A DNA stretch of 64,000 bases from an uncultured Solibacteraceae bacterium (GCA_964541075.1 CAZIPZ010000001.1:4425-68424), one strand, 5' to 3'. Counted from the stretch's first letter, positions 27,623-38,503 are shown. Notes: generated by a model from the sequence alone, not told the origin. Numbers and translations: made by a program.

Positions 27623-28836
27623 TGCTGACCATTGATCGTGGTCTTGAACTGGTAATGTCTACCGCGAAGGGCAGCGCCCGCCTTGGAAGAATGCCATCCG
27701 AGCGTGTGGCCCTTGCGGAATCTTCGGGTCGGATCCTTCGAGAAGACATTATTGCAGACGCGGATTCGCCTCGGTTTGACAAAGCAATACGGGATGGGTA
27801 TGCAGTTCGATTCCAAGACGTGACCAATGTTCCGATTGTGCTTTCCGTTAACGGTGAGTCCAGAGCAGGCGCTGGCTCCAACGTCGCTGTTGAAAGCGGA
27901 TATTGCTGTGAGATTATGACGGGCGCACCGCTTCCAGCCGGAGCTAATGCGGTGGTCATGGTCGAACACACCGAAAGGGTCGCTCACGACGCCGTCCGGA
28001 TTATGAAATCCGTACGAGAGAACGAAGGCCTCTTGCGCAGGGGAGCCGAGGCGCGCGAAGGGTCCTGCCTGCTCAACTCCGGAGTTCGAATAGGCCTGGC
28101 TGATCTGGGTCTGCTCGCGGGCGCCGGTAAACACCAGGTTTACGTTTCAAGCAAGCCTCGCGTTGCGATCATCGCGACGGGAGACGAACTGGTCGAAGTG
28201 AATCAAACGCCGCAATCCGGTCAGATCCGCAACAGCAACAGTTACACGCTTTTCGCGCAGGCTGCTTCGGCTGGAGCGGCGCCCTTCCTGCTTGGCGTCG
28301 CGCGAGACGACCTCGCGGATTTGCGCGAGAAGATCAAGAAAGGTCTCGATTACGACATATTGCTCGTCTCCGGCGGCGTTTCGATGGGCAAGTACGATCT
28401 GGTGGAAAGTGTTTTTGCTGAGTTCGGCGTGCGCGTGCTGTTCGACAAAATCGCGATGAAACCAGGAAAACCGACGGTGTTTGGTCACCGCGGCGAGACG
28501 TTCGTGTTTGGATTGCCGGGAAATCCTGTTTCAACGATAGTTTCGTTTCACATGTTCGTTCGTCCCCTTATTCTGTTTTTGCTGCACTCACAGAACACCG
28601 AGCCGAGAGTTCTGAGTGCAACGCTCGACGCACCGGCGAAGTGCGACCCTGCGCGCGCTGCACTTGTTCCGGCGAACGTCCGGTTTCAAGATGGGCGATA
28701 TCACATCGTTCCCGCAACATGGAAGGGTTCATCAGACCTCGTCGGTTTGGCGAGGGCGAACGCTTTGATCGTTATTCCCTGCAGAGATGGCGCCCTTCAG
28801 CCAGGCGACACGGCGGAATTTCTGGAGTTGGACTGA
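27622..28836 (+). CDS. moeA: Molybdopterin molybdenumtransferase MoeA
   Basis: MoeA blocks: VAIIATGDELVEV, GQIRNSNSY, ILLVSGGVSMGKYD, IAMKPGKPTVFG. Confidence 0.9.
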   Translation: MLTIDRGLELVMSTAKGSARLGRMPSERVALAESSGRILREDIIADADSPRFDKAIRDGYAVRFQDVTNVPIVLSVNGESRAGAGSNVAVESGYCCEIMTGAPLPAGANAVVMVEHTERVAHDAVRIMKSVRENEGLLRRGAEAREGSCLLNSGVRIGLADLGLLAGAGKHQVYVSSKPRVAIIATGDELVEVNQTPQSGQIRNSNSYTLFAQAASAGAAPFLLGVARDDLADLREKIKKGLDYDILLVSGGVSMGKYDLVESVFAEFGVRVLFDKIAMKPGKPTVFGHRGETFVFGLPGNPVSTIVSFHMFVRPLILFLLHSQNTEPRVLSATLDAPAKCDPARAALVPANVRFQDGRYHIVPATWKGSSDLVGLARANALIVIPCRDGALQPGDTAEFLELD

Positions 28837-29328
28837 ATGCCAAGAAGAAAAATTCAACTAACCCATGTTGATAAAGAAGGCCGAAGCCGCATGGTGGATG
28901 TTACGCAAAAGAATGAGAGCGTTCGTATCGCAAAGGCCGAGGCGTTTGTTGAAATGTCCGGTCCAACGGTGGCAATGGTTCGGAATCGCGCTATGCCGAA
29001 GGGTGACCCCTTGGAAGTCGCGCGCGTGGCGGGAATTCAGGCGGGAAAGAGAACAGCAGACTTGATCCCATTGTGCCATCCTCTGGTCTTGACGCACCTC
29101 GACGTGTCAGTCGAGATCATCGATTCGGGCGCAAAAATCGAAGCTACAGCTAAAAGCAAGGCGGAAACCGGCGTTGAAATGGAAGCTCTGACTGCGGCAT
29201 CGGTGGCTGCGTTGACGCTTTATGATATGTGCAAAGCGGTTGAAAAGGGAATCTCCATAGGCCCCGTTCGTCTAGTTGAAAAAATTGGCGGCAAGAGCGG
29301 CCACTGGCTGAGGCACCGGGCCAAGTAG
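28837..29328 (+). CDS. moaC: Cyclic pyranopterin monophosphate synthase MoaC
   Basis: LTHVD..G...MVDV and DLIPLCHPL motifs. 163 aa. Confidence 0.9.
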   Translation: MPRRKIQLTHVDKEGRSRMVDVTQKNESVRIAKAEAFVEMSGPTVAMVRNRAMPKGDPLEVARVAGIQAGKRTADLIPLCHPLVLTHLDVSVEIIDSGAKIEATAKSKAETGVEMEALTAASVAALTLYDMCKAVEKGISIGPVRLVEKIGGKSGHWLRHRAK

Positions 29329-29428
29329 GAGCTAGACGGCCCGCAGGGCCGATTGGGTCGCTAATCACAGCATTCGGCGGCGGAGATTTGATATTGTTGA
29401 ATGTGGACCGCCGAACAATACTCCAATC

Positions 29429-29929
29429 TTGAAGGAGAAGATTCTGCACCGTGCACTTGTACTCACGATCAGTGATTCCGCCTCAATGGGCAACCGTGAG
29501 GATCTTTCAGGGCCGGAAGCAAAGAAGATCCTGGCAGAGTTCGGTTTTGAAGTTGTCGCAATTGAGGTTTTGCCGGACGACCGTGCCGCGATAGAATCGC
29601 GGCTTCGCCGCGCATGTGACGAAAGCCTTCACTTGGTCGTCACTTCTGGCGGTACAGGACTTTCGCCTCGCGATGTCACGCCGGAGGCGACCCGAGCTGT
29701 ACTGGAAAAGGATGCTCCGGGTATTGCGGAGTTGATGCGTCTGGAGAGCTTGAAAGTGACGCCGCGGGCTGCGCTGTCGCGGGCGATTGCGGGCGTGAGG
29801 CAATCGACGCTGATCATCAATTTGCCCGGAAGCGTCAAAGGCGTGCGAGAATGCTTAGCGGCGGTGCGACCCATCTTGGGCCATGCCCTGGACACAATCG
29901 CGCAATCGTCGTTAGGATGCGGAGAGTAA
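29429..29929 (+). CDS. Molybdenum cofactor biosynthesis protein MogA/MoaB family
   Basis: ALVLTISDSAS...LVVTSGGTGLSPRDVTPEAT (GGTG motif). Confidence 0.85.
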   Translation: MKEKILHRALVLTISDSASMGNREDLSGPEAKKILAEFGFEVVAIEVLPDDRAAIESRLRRACDESLHLVVTSGGTGLSPRDVTPEATRAVLEKDAPGIAELMRLESLKVTPRAALSRAIAGVRQSTLIINLPGSVKGVRECLAAVRPILGHALDTIAQSSLGCGE

Positions 29930-29930
29930 A

Positions 29931-30299
29931 ATGAGCGAAACCGTTCTGACTGCCTACATACCAATATTCCTTTTTATGGGGTTGGCTTTCGTGTTCCCCA
30001 TTGTGACGCTCCTCATCGCCAAGTTGATCCGCCCAGCAACTGGCGGAGAAGGAAAACTGATGCCGTACGAGTGCGGCGTCGATCCCGAATCCGATGCCCG
30101 GCAACGCTATGCCATTCGCTACTATGTTGTGGCTATTCTGTTCGTGATCTTCGATGTTGAAACTGTTTTTCTCTTTCCGTGGGCGATTATTTACAAGCAG
30201 CTCGCACTCTTCGGCCTGATAGAGATGCTGATATTCCTTGGCATTCTGATTGTTGGATATGTTTGGATTATTAAGAAGGGCGCTCTTGATTGGGCGTGA
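29931..30299 (+). CDS. nuoA: NADH-quinone oxidoreductase subunit A
   Basis: Three TM helices. YECGVDP and FDVETVFLFPWA motifs. Confidence 0.93.
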   Translation: MSETVLTAYIPIFLFMGLAFVFPIVTLLIAKLIRPATGGEGKLMPYECGVDPESDARQRYAIRYYVVAILFVIFDVETVFLFPWAIIYKQLALFGLIEMLIFLGILIVGYVWIIKKGALDWA

Positions 30300-30322
30300 G
30301 TCGGACATACTGGAGATAATTC

Positions 30323-30895
30323 ATGTCTGCTTGGATTGAAGATCGTTTCGAAAAGAACATCATCACGACAACGGTGGACGCCGTCTTCAATTGGGCTCGG
30401 AAGTCCGCATTGTGGCCCATGACGTTCGGTCTTGCTTGTTGCGCCATCGAGATGATGGCCACAGGGTCCTCCCGTTTCGATATGGACAGGTTCGGCGCCG
30501 GAATCTTCAGGCCGAGTCCTCGTCAATCCGACCTGATCATCGTTGCCGGAACGGTGACGCTGAAGATGGCTCCCATCGTCCGCCGCGTTTACGACCAAAT
30601 GCCCGACCCCAAGTGGGTTATTTCGATGGGCGCCTGCGCGAACGTGGGTGGTCCGTTTGATACATATTCCGTGCTACAAGGGGTCGATCACGTCATTCCA
30701 GTCGACGTTTACGTGCCGGGTTGCCCGCCCCGCCCTGAAGCGCTGCTCTACGGAGTGATGCGGCTCCAGGACAAAATCGACCGGATGACCATTGCAAAGA
30801 GACCTACAAACGTTCGTTTCGACGACGTGAAGAACGATCCACGAATTACACAAGCTGCTAAAGAAGAAATGGATCGTATCGGAATGAAGATCTAA
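30323..30895 (+). CDS. nuoB: NADH-quinone oxidoreductase subunit B
   Basis: N2-cluster cysteines [18 protein letters not shown] and GCPPRPEAL. Confidence 0.95.
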   Translation: MSAWIEDRFEKNIITTTVDAVFNWARKSALWPMTFGLACCAIEMMATGSSRFDMDRFGAGIFRPSPRQSDLIIVAGTVTLKMAPIVRRVYDQMPDPKWVISMGACANVGGPFDTYSVLQGVDHVIPVDVYVPGCPPRPEALLYGVMRLQDKIDRMTIAKRPTNVRFDDVKNDPRITQAAKEEMDRIGMKI

Positions 30896-30951
30896 TCGGC
30901 GGAATCTTGACTGTGCGGCGTGGCCGCATAGTAAGGTTTCGCGGATTATTG

Positions 30952-31929
30952 ATGTCCTTCATTGATCAACTCCGCGCCAAGATCCGCCAGCAGGGCCCCA
31001 TTCCATTTTCCGACTACATGGAAGAGGTCCTGCATCACTACTACTCACAAGAAAGAAATCCTATAGGCGCCGGAGGCGATTACTACACATCCTCGGACCT
31101 GGATCCCATTTTCGGACGCCTGCTTGCAAAGCAATTCCAGGAATGGGCGTCGGAAATAAGCCCTTTCATGCTGATCGAACTGGGAGCCGGCAGGGGGCTT
31201 CTGGCGCGAGATATTCTCGAGACGCAAGTCTTTCCTTACAAGATTTTGGAGCGGAGCGAATCGATGCGTCGAAAGCAGCAGTCGCTGCTCCGCGATTTCA
31301 ATGTCGAGTGGATAGACGAGTTGCCTGCTGGCGTCACTGGCTGCATATTTTCCAATGAATTTTTCGACGTGCTGCCGGTGCATCGATATGTGCGTCGTGG
31401 CATCGAAATGAAGGAAATCTACGTCACGGAGAACTTCGAAGAGATCGAAGCCGAACCAAGAACTCCATTTGATGCGCCTCTCGCAGACGGCCAGATCGCA
31501 GACGTTAGTATTGAGGCCCGAAACTGGATTCGCCGGATAGCCGCATCATTGGATCGAGGCTTTCACCTTGCGATCGACTACGGATATCTCGCCCCGGAGT
31601 TCTTCGCGCACACTCGCGGCACACTGATGTGCTATTGGCGGCATCAGGCGGTTGAAGATCCCTACGTCCGGATTGGCGAGCAAGATATGACCGCGCACGT
31701 CAATTTCACGGATCTTATGGAAGAGGGAAGCAAGCACTCCCTTGCGACTGTGCGATTCACGACGCAAATGGAATATTTGATCAGTCTTGGCCTACTTGAT
31801 GAAGTTCAGAATTTGTCTACCCAAAACACCGCCGCTTCAATCGCCCGATTGCTCAGGATCAAGAAACTGATTCTGCCGCCGGGCATGGGAGAACGTTTTA
31901 AGGTTTTGGTACAGAAAAAGAACTCCTGA
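30952..31929 (+). CDS. MidA-family SAM-dependent methyltransferase (DUF185; NDUFAF7-like)
   Basis: IPFSDYMEEVLHHYYSQ...GGDYYTSSDLDPIFGRLLAKQFQEW...ELGAGRGLLARDIL matches DUF185/MidA blocks. ATG 30952 preferred over the in-frame TTG 30907. Sits between nuoB and the ligase. Confidence 0.7.
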   Translation: MSFIDQLRAKIRQQGPIPFSDYMEEVLHHYYSQERNPIGAGGDYYTSSDLDPIFGRLLAKQFQEWASEISPFMLIELGAGRGLLARDILETQVFPYKILERSESMRRKQQSLLRDFNVEWIDELPAGVTGCIFSNEFFDVLPVHRYVRRGIEMKEIYVTENFEEIEAEPRTPFDAPLADGQIADVSIEARNWIRRIAASLDRGFHLAIDYGYLAPEFFAHTRGTLMCYWRHQAVEDPYVRIGEQDMTAHVNFTDLMEEGSKHSLATVRFTTQMEYLISLGLLDEVQNLSTQNTAASIARLLRIKKLILPPGMGERFKVLVQKKNS

Positions 31930-33533
31930 TGCACTTGTTTGCGGAGACTGCCGAATCGATTTCGAAGACGACTTCCAAGCTCAAAAAGATCGCCTTTCTC
32001 AGTACGTATATACGTAATCTTGCGGATGAAGATTTGCGAGCCGCCGTGGTGTTTTTCACGGGTCGTCCGTTCCCGTTGTCCGATTCCAGAACGCTGAACG
32101 TGGGATGGTCCGCTCTGGCAAGCGCGATTCAGCAGATATCCCAGGCGTCTGAACAGGAAATGCACCGCGCATATCTTGAGCGCGGCGACCTGGGCGAAGT
32201 TGCGGAGGCGCTGCTTCCGCAAAGGTCGTCCGTGCAACTCTCTCCCGCAAAGGTTCAGGCGAAGTTCGGCGAGTTGGTGAAGGTGTCGGGGGCGAACAAC
32301 AAGCTCAGCGTCGTAACGGATCTCCTTCGTTCGTTGACACCGATCGAGTCGAAGTACGCGATTAAAATCATCACCGGTGATCTGCGTATTGGCCTAAAGG
32401 AAAACTCGGTGGAAGAAGGCATCGCAAAAGCCTTCGAAAGGCCTACGGATTCCGTCAGGCGGGCGAATATGGTTCTCGGCGATATTGGCGAAACTGCTGT
32501 GCTGGCGCTGCATGGCGATTTAATCAATACCTCTCTTAAGCTATTTCGCCCGGTGAAGTTCATGCTTGCTACTCCAGGGGATACGGAAGAGGAAATTTTT
32601 GCGACCTTTACCGCGCCTTTCTATGTCGAGGACAAGTACGACGGCGTTCGCGGGCAATTGCACGTGGACAACGGGCGGAGCGCCCTCTATTCGCGGACTC
32701 TGGACGACATATCGTTTCAGTTTCCTGAAATTACGGAAGCCGGGCAAGACTGGAATGCATCATTGATTGCTGATGGTGAGGTCGTCGGATTCAAGGAAGG
32801 CAGGGTTCTTCCTTTTTCGCTGTTGCAAAAACGGCTTGGGAGAAAAAAGCCCCCTTCAGAGCTGCTTGACGAGATTCCAGTCGCGCTGATGGTTTTCGAC
32901 ATATTGCACCTTGAAGGTCGCACATTGATTGACGAGCCATTATCCGAACGAAAGGAAATTATTGAGAGTATTCCATGGCCCACCCCTTTGCATGCGGCGC
33001 CATTCATACTCATCGATGAACGTGTCCAGCTTGCACCGTTTTTTGAGCAAGCCGCACTGCGCCGGAATGAGGGCCTGATGCTGAAGGATGCCAGTTCGCT
33101 TTACTTTCCAGGCAAGCGTGGCATGAACTGGTTGAAATGGAAGAAGGCCCTCGCAACTCTCGATGTCGTTGTAACTGGCGTCGAATTCGGCCACGGCCGG
33201 CGGCGAGACGTCTTGTCCGATTTCACATTTGCTGTGCAACAGGACGGCGAACTCTTCAACATCGGAAAGGCATACTCCGGTCTGACTGACCGTGAGATTG
33301 CCGAACTTACGGATTACTTCAAGCGCCATACCGTTCAGGATTTCGGTAGATTTCGGCTTGTGGAGCCTCGTGTCGTGATTGAAGTCGCGTTTAACGGAAT
33401 TCAGAAAAGCAGCCGGCACGAAAGCGGCTACGCACTCCGATTTCCAAGAATCATTCGCATTCGAAACGATAAGAGTGTTCAGGACATCGATACCCTGGAA
33501 AACGTAAAGAAGATTCACAACGAAGCGGGATGA
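31929..33533 (+). CDS. ATP-dependent DNA ligase (Lig1-like three-domain)
   Basis: N-terminal DNA-binding domain. Adenylation motif I EDKYDGVR. Motifs EGLMLK and NWLKWK. TGATG overlap with the MidA stop. Confidence 0.85.
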   Translation: MHLFAETAESISKTTSKLKKIAFLSTYIRNLADEDLRAAVVFFTGRPFPLSDSRTLNVGWSALASAIQQISQASEQEMHRAYLERGDLGEVAEALLPQRSSVQLSPAKVQAKFGELVKVSGANNKLSVVTDLLRSLTPIESKYAIKIITGDLRIGLKENSVEEGIAKAFERPTDSVRRANMVLGDIGETAVLALHGDLINTSLKLFRPVKFMLATPGDTEEEIFATFTAPFYVEDKYDGVRGQLHVDNGRSALYSRTLDDISFQFPEITEAGQDWNASLIADGEVVGFKEGRVLPFSLLQKRLGRKKPPSELLDEIPVALMVFDILHLEGRTLIDEPLSERKEIIESIPWPTPLHAAPFILIDERVQLAPFFEQAALRRNEGLMLKDASSLYFPGKRGMNWLKWKKALATLDVVVTGVEFGHGRRRDVLSDFTFAVQQDGELFNIGKAYSGLTDREIAELTDYFKRHTVQDFGRFRLVEPRVVIEVAFNGIQKSSRHESGYALRFPRIIRIRNDKSVQDIDTLENVKKIHNEAG

Positions 33534-34276
33534 TAATGCATCGCGTCACAGGAGATGGCCCGCCGATCGTGTTTATTCATGGTGCGGCCGCGTCTGCACG
33601 TTTGTTCGGCGCGCAATTCCAGGCCTTCCGCAACCACGCCCGGTGCTATTTCATTAACCTTCCTGGGCATGGCGGCGTTCCTGCGCATTCAGACTTGAGT
33701 ATCGAAGGTTACGCATCATTCCTTGGAGAGTTCCTGAATACCCTGAATGAACCTGCCGCCTTAGTCGGACACTCGATGGGCGGCGCGGTTGCGATTCTGA
33801 CGGCTTTTCAGAATCCGGAGTTGGTGCGCGGTCTGGCGCTTACTGGCTCTGGCTGCCGCCTGCCGGTTTCAGATGAGCTGTTGAGCGCGCTCGAATACGA
33901 TTACTCGAGGGCATTGGATCTCGTTGTGAGCGGGTCCTACACTAAACATGCGGACCCGCGCCTGCTTGAAAGGGCTCGCGCCGAGATTGTACAGACGCCT
34001 CCAGATGTTGTCCGGGCCGACTTCATCACCTGTAGTCGGTTTGATGGATGCGATAAGGCGTCCAAGATCAAGACTCCAACAGTGATCATTTGCGGAGAGC
34101 AAGACCTAATGACGCCTTTGCCTCTTTCCAAACATTTGAATGCGCTGATTTCTGGTTCGCGACTGATTATGATCCCGGGCGGCAGCCACATGGTCATGGT
34201 GGAGTTTGTCGATACGTTCGACGCCATCCTGATCGACGCGCATCTGAATTCCTGGTCCCGGCGCTCCGAAGTTTAG
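33530..34276 (+). CDS. Alpha/beta-fold hydrolase
   Basis: IVFIHGAAAS and nucleophile elbow GHSMGG. 4-bp overlap with the ligase stop. Confidence 0.8.
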   Translation: MIMHRVTGDGPPIVFIHGAAASARLFGAQFQAFRNHARCYFINLPGHGGVPAHSDLSIEGYASFLGEFLNTLNEPAALVGHSMGGAVAILTAFQNPELVRGLALTGSGCRLPVSDELLSALEYDYSRALDLVVSGSYTKHADPRLLERARAEIVQTPPDVVRADFITCSRFDGCDKASKIKTPTVIICGEQDLMTPLPLSKHLNALISGSRLIMIPGGSHMVMVEFVDTFDAILIDAHLNSWSRRSEV

Positions 34277-34443
34277 AAATCCTTCGAGAGCACCTGAGTC
34301 CCAGTGGTAATGCAGTTCTCCTTTGCGTTAAGATGCTACGTTACGCACGTAGTGCGCCGTTGACACTGTTGCATCGATGTGGTTGAATCCACGTCTTTGT
34401 GAATTAGCGCGCATCAACTCTTGTCCTCCCGAGATTCTTAAAA

Positions 34444-35187
34444 GTGGCAGACGAAAAGGATAACCAGCAGACTGGAAAGCCGGCTGAGCCGGAGAAACCG
34501 ACACCTGCAGCCCAGGGTTCTGGAGAACCTAAGGCGGCTGCTCCCAAACCGCCTCCACCCCCCCCGGCAAAGCCTGCGGCGTCGCCTGGAGGGCATGCTG
34601 CCCCGCCTAAGCCCAAAGGGCCGGCGCCGGAACCGTGGTCGCATCCCCTTGTGGACGCTGTTAAGGAAAAGTTTGGGGATCAGTTTGTCAAAGCGTATAG
34701 CTTCCTCGGGCAGAACCAGATTGAAGTGAAAAAGGACCGAATCCTGGAGATCATGACGTTTCTCCGCGATAGCGAAATGTGCCTGTTCAATTACCTCGCC
34801 GATGAGACCGCTGTACATTGGCCGAAGGAAGAGAAGTTTGAGATCGTCTACATTCTGTATTCGTTTTCCAAGAACGAACACCTGCGTGTGAAAGCCCGAA
34901 TCAAGGAATGGGAAGAGATCGATAGCGTCGTTCCCGTCTGGACGACTGCGGATTGGTTGGAGCGCGAGATTTATGACATGTTCGGAGTGCGCTACGTGAA
35001 CCATCCGGATCTGACGCGGATCCTTCTACCGGACGAGTGGGAAGGTTATCCGTTGCGCAAGGACTACAACATTCGCCTACAGGACGTGGAGTGGGTGCGC
35101 AAGCACCTGGGAATCGATTCAGGTCAGAAGTATTACGTCGGAGAAGCACGACACGAAACCCCGGACTATTTGACGCCGAACGATTAA
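34444..35187 (+). CDS. nuoC: NADH-quinone oxidoreductase subunit C with Pro/Lys/Ala-rich N-terminal extension
   Basis: Conserved NuoC core ([11 protein letters not shown]...[12 protein letters not shown]...GYPLRKDY), preceded by about 60 aa of low complexity ([15 protein letters not shown]...). GTG start. Confidence 0.88.
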   Translation: MADEKDNQQTGKPAEPEKPTPAAQGSGEPKAAAPKPPPPPPAKPAASPGGHAAPPKPKGPAPEPWSHPLVDAVKEKFGDQFVKAYSFLGQNQIEVKKDRILEIMTFLRDSEMCLFNYLADETAVHWPKEEKFEIVYILYSFSKNEHLRVKARIKEWEEIDSVVPVWTTADWLEREIYDMFGVRYVNHPDLTRILLPDEWEGYPLRKDYNIRLQDVEWVRKHLGIDSGQKYYVGEARHETPDYLTPND

Positions 35188-35214
35188 CGAAGTCTTTCGC
35201 GCGGTGACGCGCAA

Positions 35215-36339
35215 TTGAAGGAAATGTCCACAAAAGAAACATTATTCGATGCGAACGAGTTAACTGTCAGCATGGGGCCGCAGCACCCGTCGACACACGG
35301 GGTGCTTCAGGTGAAATTGAAGCTGGACGGTGAGCGGGTCATCGATCTGCGGTGCGTCATTGGCTATTTACATCGCGGTGTGGAGAAGCTGGGCGAAGCC
35401 CAGACCTATGGCCAGTTTGTTCCCACCTTGGACCGCATGGATTACATCGCAGCGGTATCTAACTGCGTTGGGTATTGCGAAACAGTAGAGAAGCTTCTTG
35501 GAGTGACGGTTCCGCCGCGGACGCAGTACATCCGAACAATCATGCTTGAGCTGAACAGGATCACCAGCCACTTGCTTTGGTTGGGAACGCATGCGCTCGA
35601 TATCGGAGCAATGACTGTGTTTTTGTATGCGTTCCGCGAACGCGAAGAGATTCTAAAGATTTTTGAGAATTACTGCGGTGCGCGCCTGACGACTCATATG
35701 TTTCGCATCGGCGGATCGCAATACGAACTCTATGATGGGTTTCAGGATCAGGTCCGCACCTTCATCAAGGATTTTCCCAAGAAAGTTGACGAATACGAAA
35801 CGCTGCTGACGGAAAACCGGATCTGGATCGGTAGAACCCGGGGCGTCGGCGTCATTTCTGGTAAAGATGCCATCGACCTTGGATTGACGGGCCCCTCCCT
35901 CCGAGGTTCGGGAGTGGAGTGGGATCTTCGAAAGGCCAAGCCCTACGCTGCCTACGCAGATATGCAGTTTGATATTCCGGTGGGGGATCAGGGTGATACG
36001 TACGATCGGTATATGGTGCGCATCGAAGAGATGCGGCAGTCTGCTCGGATCATCGGTCAGGCGGTGGACAAGATTCCAGATGGACCGATCATGGCCAAAC
36101 TTTCGAAGATCATCAAGCCGCCAGTGGGAGATATCTACCACTCAATTGAATCGCCCAAGGGCGAACTTGGCTATTACATAGTGAGTGATGGCAGTACGAG
36201 CCCATATCGGGCGCGTGTGAGGCCGCCGTCATTCGTTAATCTGCAAGCGCTCCGCAAGATGGCCGTAGGCCATATGGTTGCCGATGTCGTCGCCATCATC
36301 GGAACTCTCGACATCGTTCTGGGCGAGATTGATAGATGA
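35215..36339 (+). CDS. nuoD: NADH-quinone oxidoreductase subunit D
   Basis: [14 protein letters not shown] and the canonical 49-kDa subunit length. Confidence 0.95.
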   Translation: MKEMSTKETLFDANELTVSMGPQHPSTHGVLQVKLKLDGERVIDLRCVIGYLHRGVEKLGEAQTYGQFVPTLDRMDYIAAVSNCVGYCETVEKLLGVTVPPRTQYIRTIMLELNRITSHLLWLGTHALDIGAMTVFLYAFREREEILKIFENYCGARLTTHMFRIGGSQYELYDGFQDQVRTFIKDFPKKVDEYETLLTENRIWIGRTRGVGVISGKDAIDLGLTGPSLRGSGVEWDLRKAKPYAAYADMQFDIPVGDQGDTYDRYMVRIEEMRQSARIIGQAVDKIPDGPIMAKLSKIIKPPVGDIYHSIESPKGELGYYIVSDGSTSPYRARVRPPSFVNLQALRKMAVGHMVADVVAIIGTLDIVLGEIDR

Positions 36340-36458
36340 GTCAATTGTCGAGTGAGGACAGTGAATTCAGGACGCTAAGTCCGATCCGGGCGGGGCTCTT
36401 TCAGCGTTTCTGAGATTTGGTGTCCGGGAACTGGGATGTTTGTCTGACTATGGATTTT

Positions 36459-37484
36459 ATAATCGATTACGTTCTGATCCCTTTCATCAAGATTCTCGTG
36501 GTGTTTCTTGCTCTTTCTGGCGTCATCGCCTATTTGACGCTGCTTGAGCGGAAAGTCATCGCCTTCATGCAGGTCCGGCTTGGGCCTATGCGCGTGGGAC
36601 CTTATGGGTTGCTTCAGCCGATCGCTGACGGTTTGAAACTGATGCTGAAAGAGGACATCGTACCCGCTCGGGCCGATCGTTTGATTTTCACTCTTGCGCC
36701 TATCATCACACTGATACCCGCGTTTATCGTTTTCGCCGTCATCCCATTTGGCCCAACGATCAACATCATGGGCCGACAAATCGGCCTCTACATCACGGAC
36801 CTGAACATTGGCGTTCTTTATGTGCTCGCGATCTCTTCAGTAGGCATTCTCGGCATCATTCTTGGCGGATGGGCTTCAAACAGCAAGTACCCATTGTTAG
36901 GTGCATTGCGCTCGGCGGCGCAAATGGTGAGCTACGAAGTCGCCCTCGGCTTCTCGATCATGGGAGTGCTGATGATTTCGGAAACGCTCAGCCTGGTGCA
37001 AATCGTGGAGGCCCAAAAGAGCAGCGGGTACTGGTATGTATTTCTTCAGCCTTTGGCGTTCTTCCTTTTCTTTATCTGTGGAGTTGCTGAGACTAACCGT
37101 GCGCCCTTCGACTTGCCTGAAGCGGAATCCGAACTCGTGGCAGGTTTTCACACGGAATACAGCGGATTTCGTTTCTCACTTTTCTTTCTGGCTGAATACG
37201 CGAGCATGATTGTGGTTTCTGCCATGGCTGTCACCCTTTTTTGGGGCGGCTGGCTGCGACCGTTTCCCAATGTGGCGGCGCTGGGATTTCTGGACCTCAT
37301 TCCTCCCGTACTCTGGTTCGCGTTGAAGGTCCTGGTATTTCTGTATTTTTATCTCTGGTTCCGAGCAAGCTGGCCGCGTTATCGCTACGATCAACTGATG
37401 AAGGTGGGTTGGCAGTGGCTCCTTCCACTTGCGATGGCAAACGTTATCGTGACCGCGATTTTGGTCTTGGTTATGGGGAATTAG
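36459..37484 (+). CDS. nuoH: NADH-quinone oxidoreductase subunit H
   Basis: LERKVIAFMQVRLGPMRVGPYGLLQPIADGLKL. ATG 36459 preferred over the track's 36417. Confidence 0.93.
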   Translation: MIDYVLIPFIKILVVFLALSGVIAYLTLLERKVIAFMQVRLGPMRVGPYGLLQPIADGLKLMLKEDIVPARADRLIFTLAPIITLIPAFIVFAVIPFGPTINIMGRQIGLYITDLNIGVLYVLAISSVGILGIILGGWASNSKYPLLGALRSAAQMVSYEVALGFSIMGVLMISETLSLVQIVEAQKSSGYWYVFLQPLAFFLFFICGVAETNRAPFDLPEAESELVAGFHTEYSGFRFSLFFLAEYASMIVVSAMAVTLFWGGWLRPFPNVAALGFLDLIPPVLWFALKVLVFLYFYLWFRASWPRYRYDQLMKVGWQWLLPLAMANVIVTAILVLVMGN

Positions 37485-37487
37485 GCA

Positions 37488-37958
37488 ATGAAAGTCAAAC
37501 GTCCGGAACTGACCTTACTGAAGAGAATCTTTTTGGTCGACTTGATCAAGGGGCTTCTTCTGACGTTCGGATATCAACGTCCTTCGCGGAATTATGCGGA
37601 ACAGTACCCGAAAGAGCGACCCAAGGTGGCGGAGCGTTTCCGTGGCGCCCCGCGGCTGAATTGCGATCCTGAGACCGGTGAGACGCTTTGCATTGCATGC
37701 AACCTTTGCGCCCTGGCGTGTCCTGAGCATTGCATTGAGGTCGGATGGGAACGAGATCCTGCCGGCAAGAAGGCGCTCACGACCTATACCTTTGATATTT
37801 CGCGCTGCATGTTTTGCGGTTTGTGCGAGGACGCTTGTCCGACGCCATGTCTGGAATTGACGCAAGATTTCGAACTTAGTCTGTACGGCCGCCGGGACAT
37901 GAAATGGGATCGCAAGAAACTCGAGGCGGGTAATCAGCCGATCGTGTACACAAGGTAA
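37488..37958 (+). CDS. nuoI: NADH-quinone oxidoreductase subunit I
   Basis: Two 4Fe-4S ferredoxin motifs (CIACNLCALACP and CMFCGLCEDACP). Confidence 0.95.
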   Translation: MKVKRPELTLLKRIFLVDLIKGLLLTFGYQRPSRNYAEQYPKERPKVAERFRGAPRLNCDPETGETLCIACNLCALACPEHCIEVGWERDPAGKKALTTYTFDISRCMFCGLCEDACPTPCLELTQDFELSLYGRRDMKWDRKKLEAGNQPIVYTR

Positions 37959-37964
37959 CACTTG

Positions 37965-38486
37965 ATGACGCTTGAACAGATCCTTTTTTACGTTTTCGGA
38001 ACCATCGCGATCGTTTCGTCGATCTTGCTCATTACCCGTCACAATGTGGTTCACAGTGCAATGTTCTTGGCTGCGACTCTTCTTTCCGTGGCCGGCATTT
38101 TTCTGACGTTGCACGCGGAATTCCTGGCAGGCGTCCAGGTGATCGTGTATGTCGGCGGGATTCTCGTCTTGTTTGTTTTCGTAATCATGCTCATTGCGGT
38201 TGAGCGTACCGCCTTTGAGCGTCAGTACAATCGCCAATGGACTATAGCCCTGATTACGTCCGGTATTTTGATTCTGGAAATCGGTTACGGAATTTACCGC
38301 GGCAAGGATTCATTTGTGCTTCCTGAGGCAGTTAGCGCACCGGCCAATGTTGCCGGTAATTCGCAATTGGTCGGCACGGCGCTCTACACGACTTACCTGT
38401 TGCCTTTTGAGATCGCTTCTATTCTTTTGCTGGTTGCGGTCGTAGGTGCTGTTGTTCTTGCAAAGCGGAAGACGGAAGCAGAGTAA
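37965..38486 (+). CDS. nuoJ: NADH-quinone oxidoreductase subunit J
   Basis: Five TM helices and NuoJ-like sequence (VVHSAMFLAATLLSVAGIF...VQVIVYVGGI). Confidence 0.9.
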   Translation: MTLEQILFYVFGTIAIVSSILLITRHNVVHSAMFLAATLLSVAGIFLTLHAEFLAGVQVIVYVGGILVLFVFVIMLIAVERTAFERQYNRQWTIALITSGILILEIGYGIYRGKDSFVLPEAVSAPANVAGNSQLVGTALYTTYLLPFEIASILLLVAVVGAVVLAKRKTEAE

Positions 38487-38503
38487 ACAGCGATTAGATA
38501 AAA

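Noticed and set aside
29329-29428. Molybdenum-cofactor riboswitch or regulatory hairpin between moaC and mogA/moaB (TTCGGCGG ... CCGCCGAA, 8-bp stem)
   Set aside because: The Moco riboswitch is much larger with characteristic conserved loops. This is a single stem-loop inside an operon, more likely a processing or attenuation hairpin or coincidental.
36417-36458. Upstream extension of nuoH to 36417 and of several genes (glnD 54907, lexA 8896, atpE 46371, midA 30907) as given in the ORF track
   Set aside because: In each case a downstream in-frame ATG aligns with the conserved N-terminus of the family and/or has a better RBS. The extended starts were therefore trimmed.
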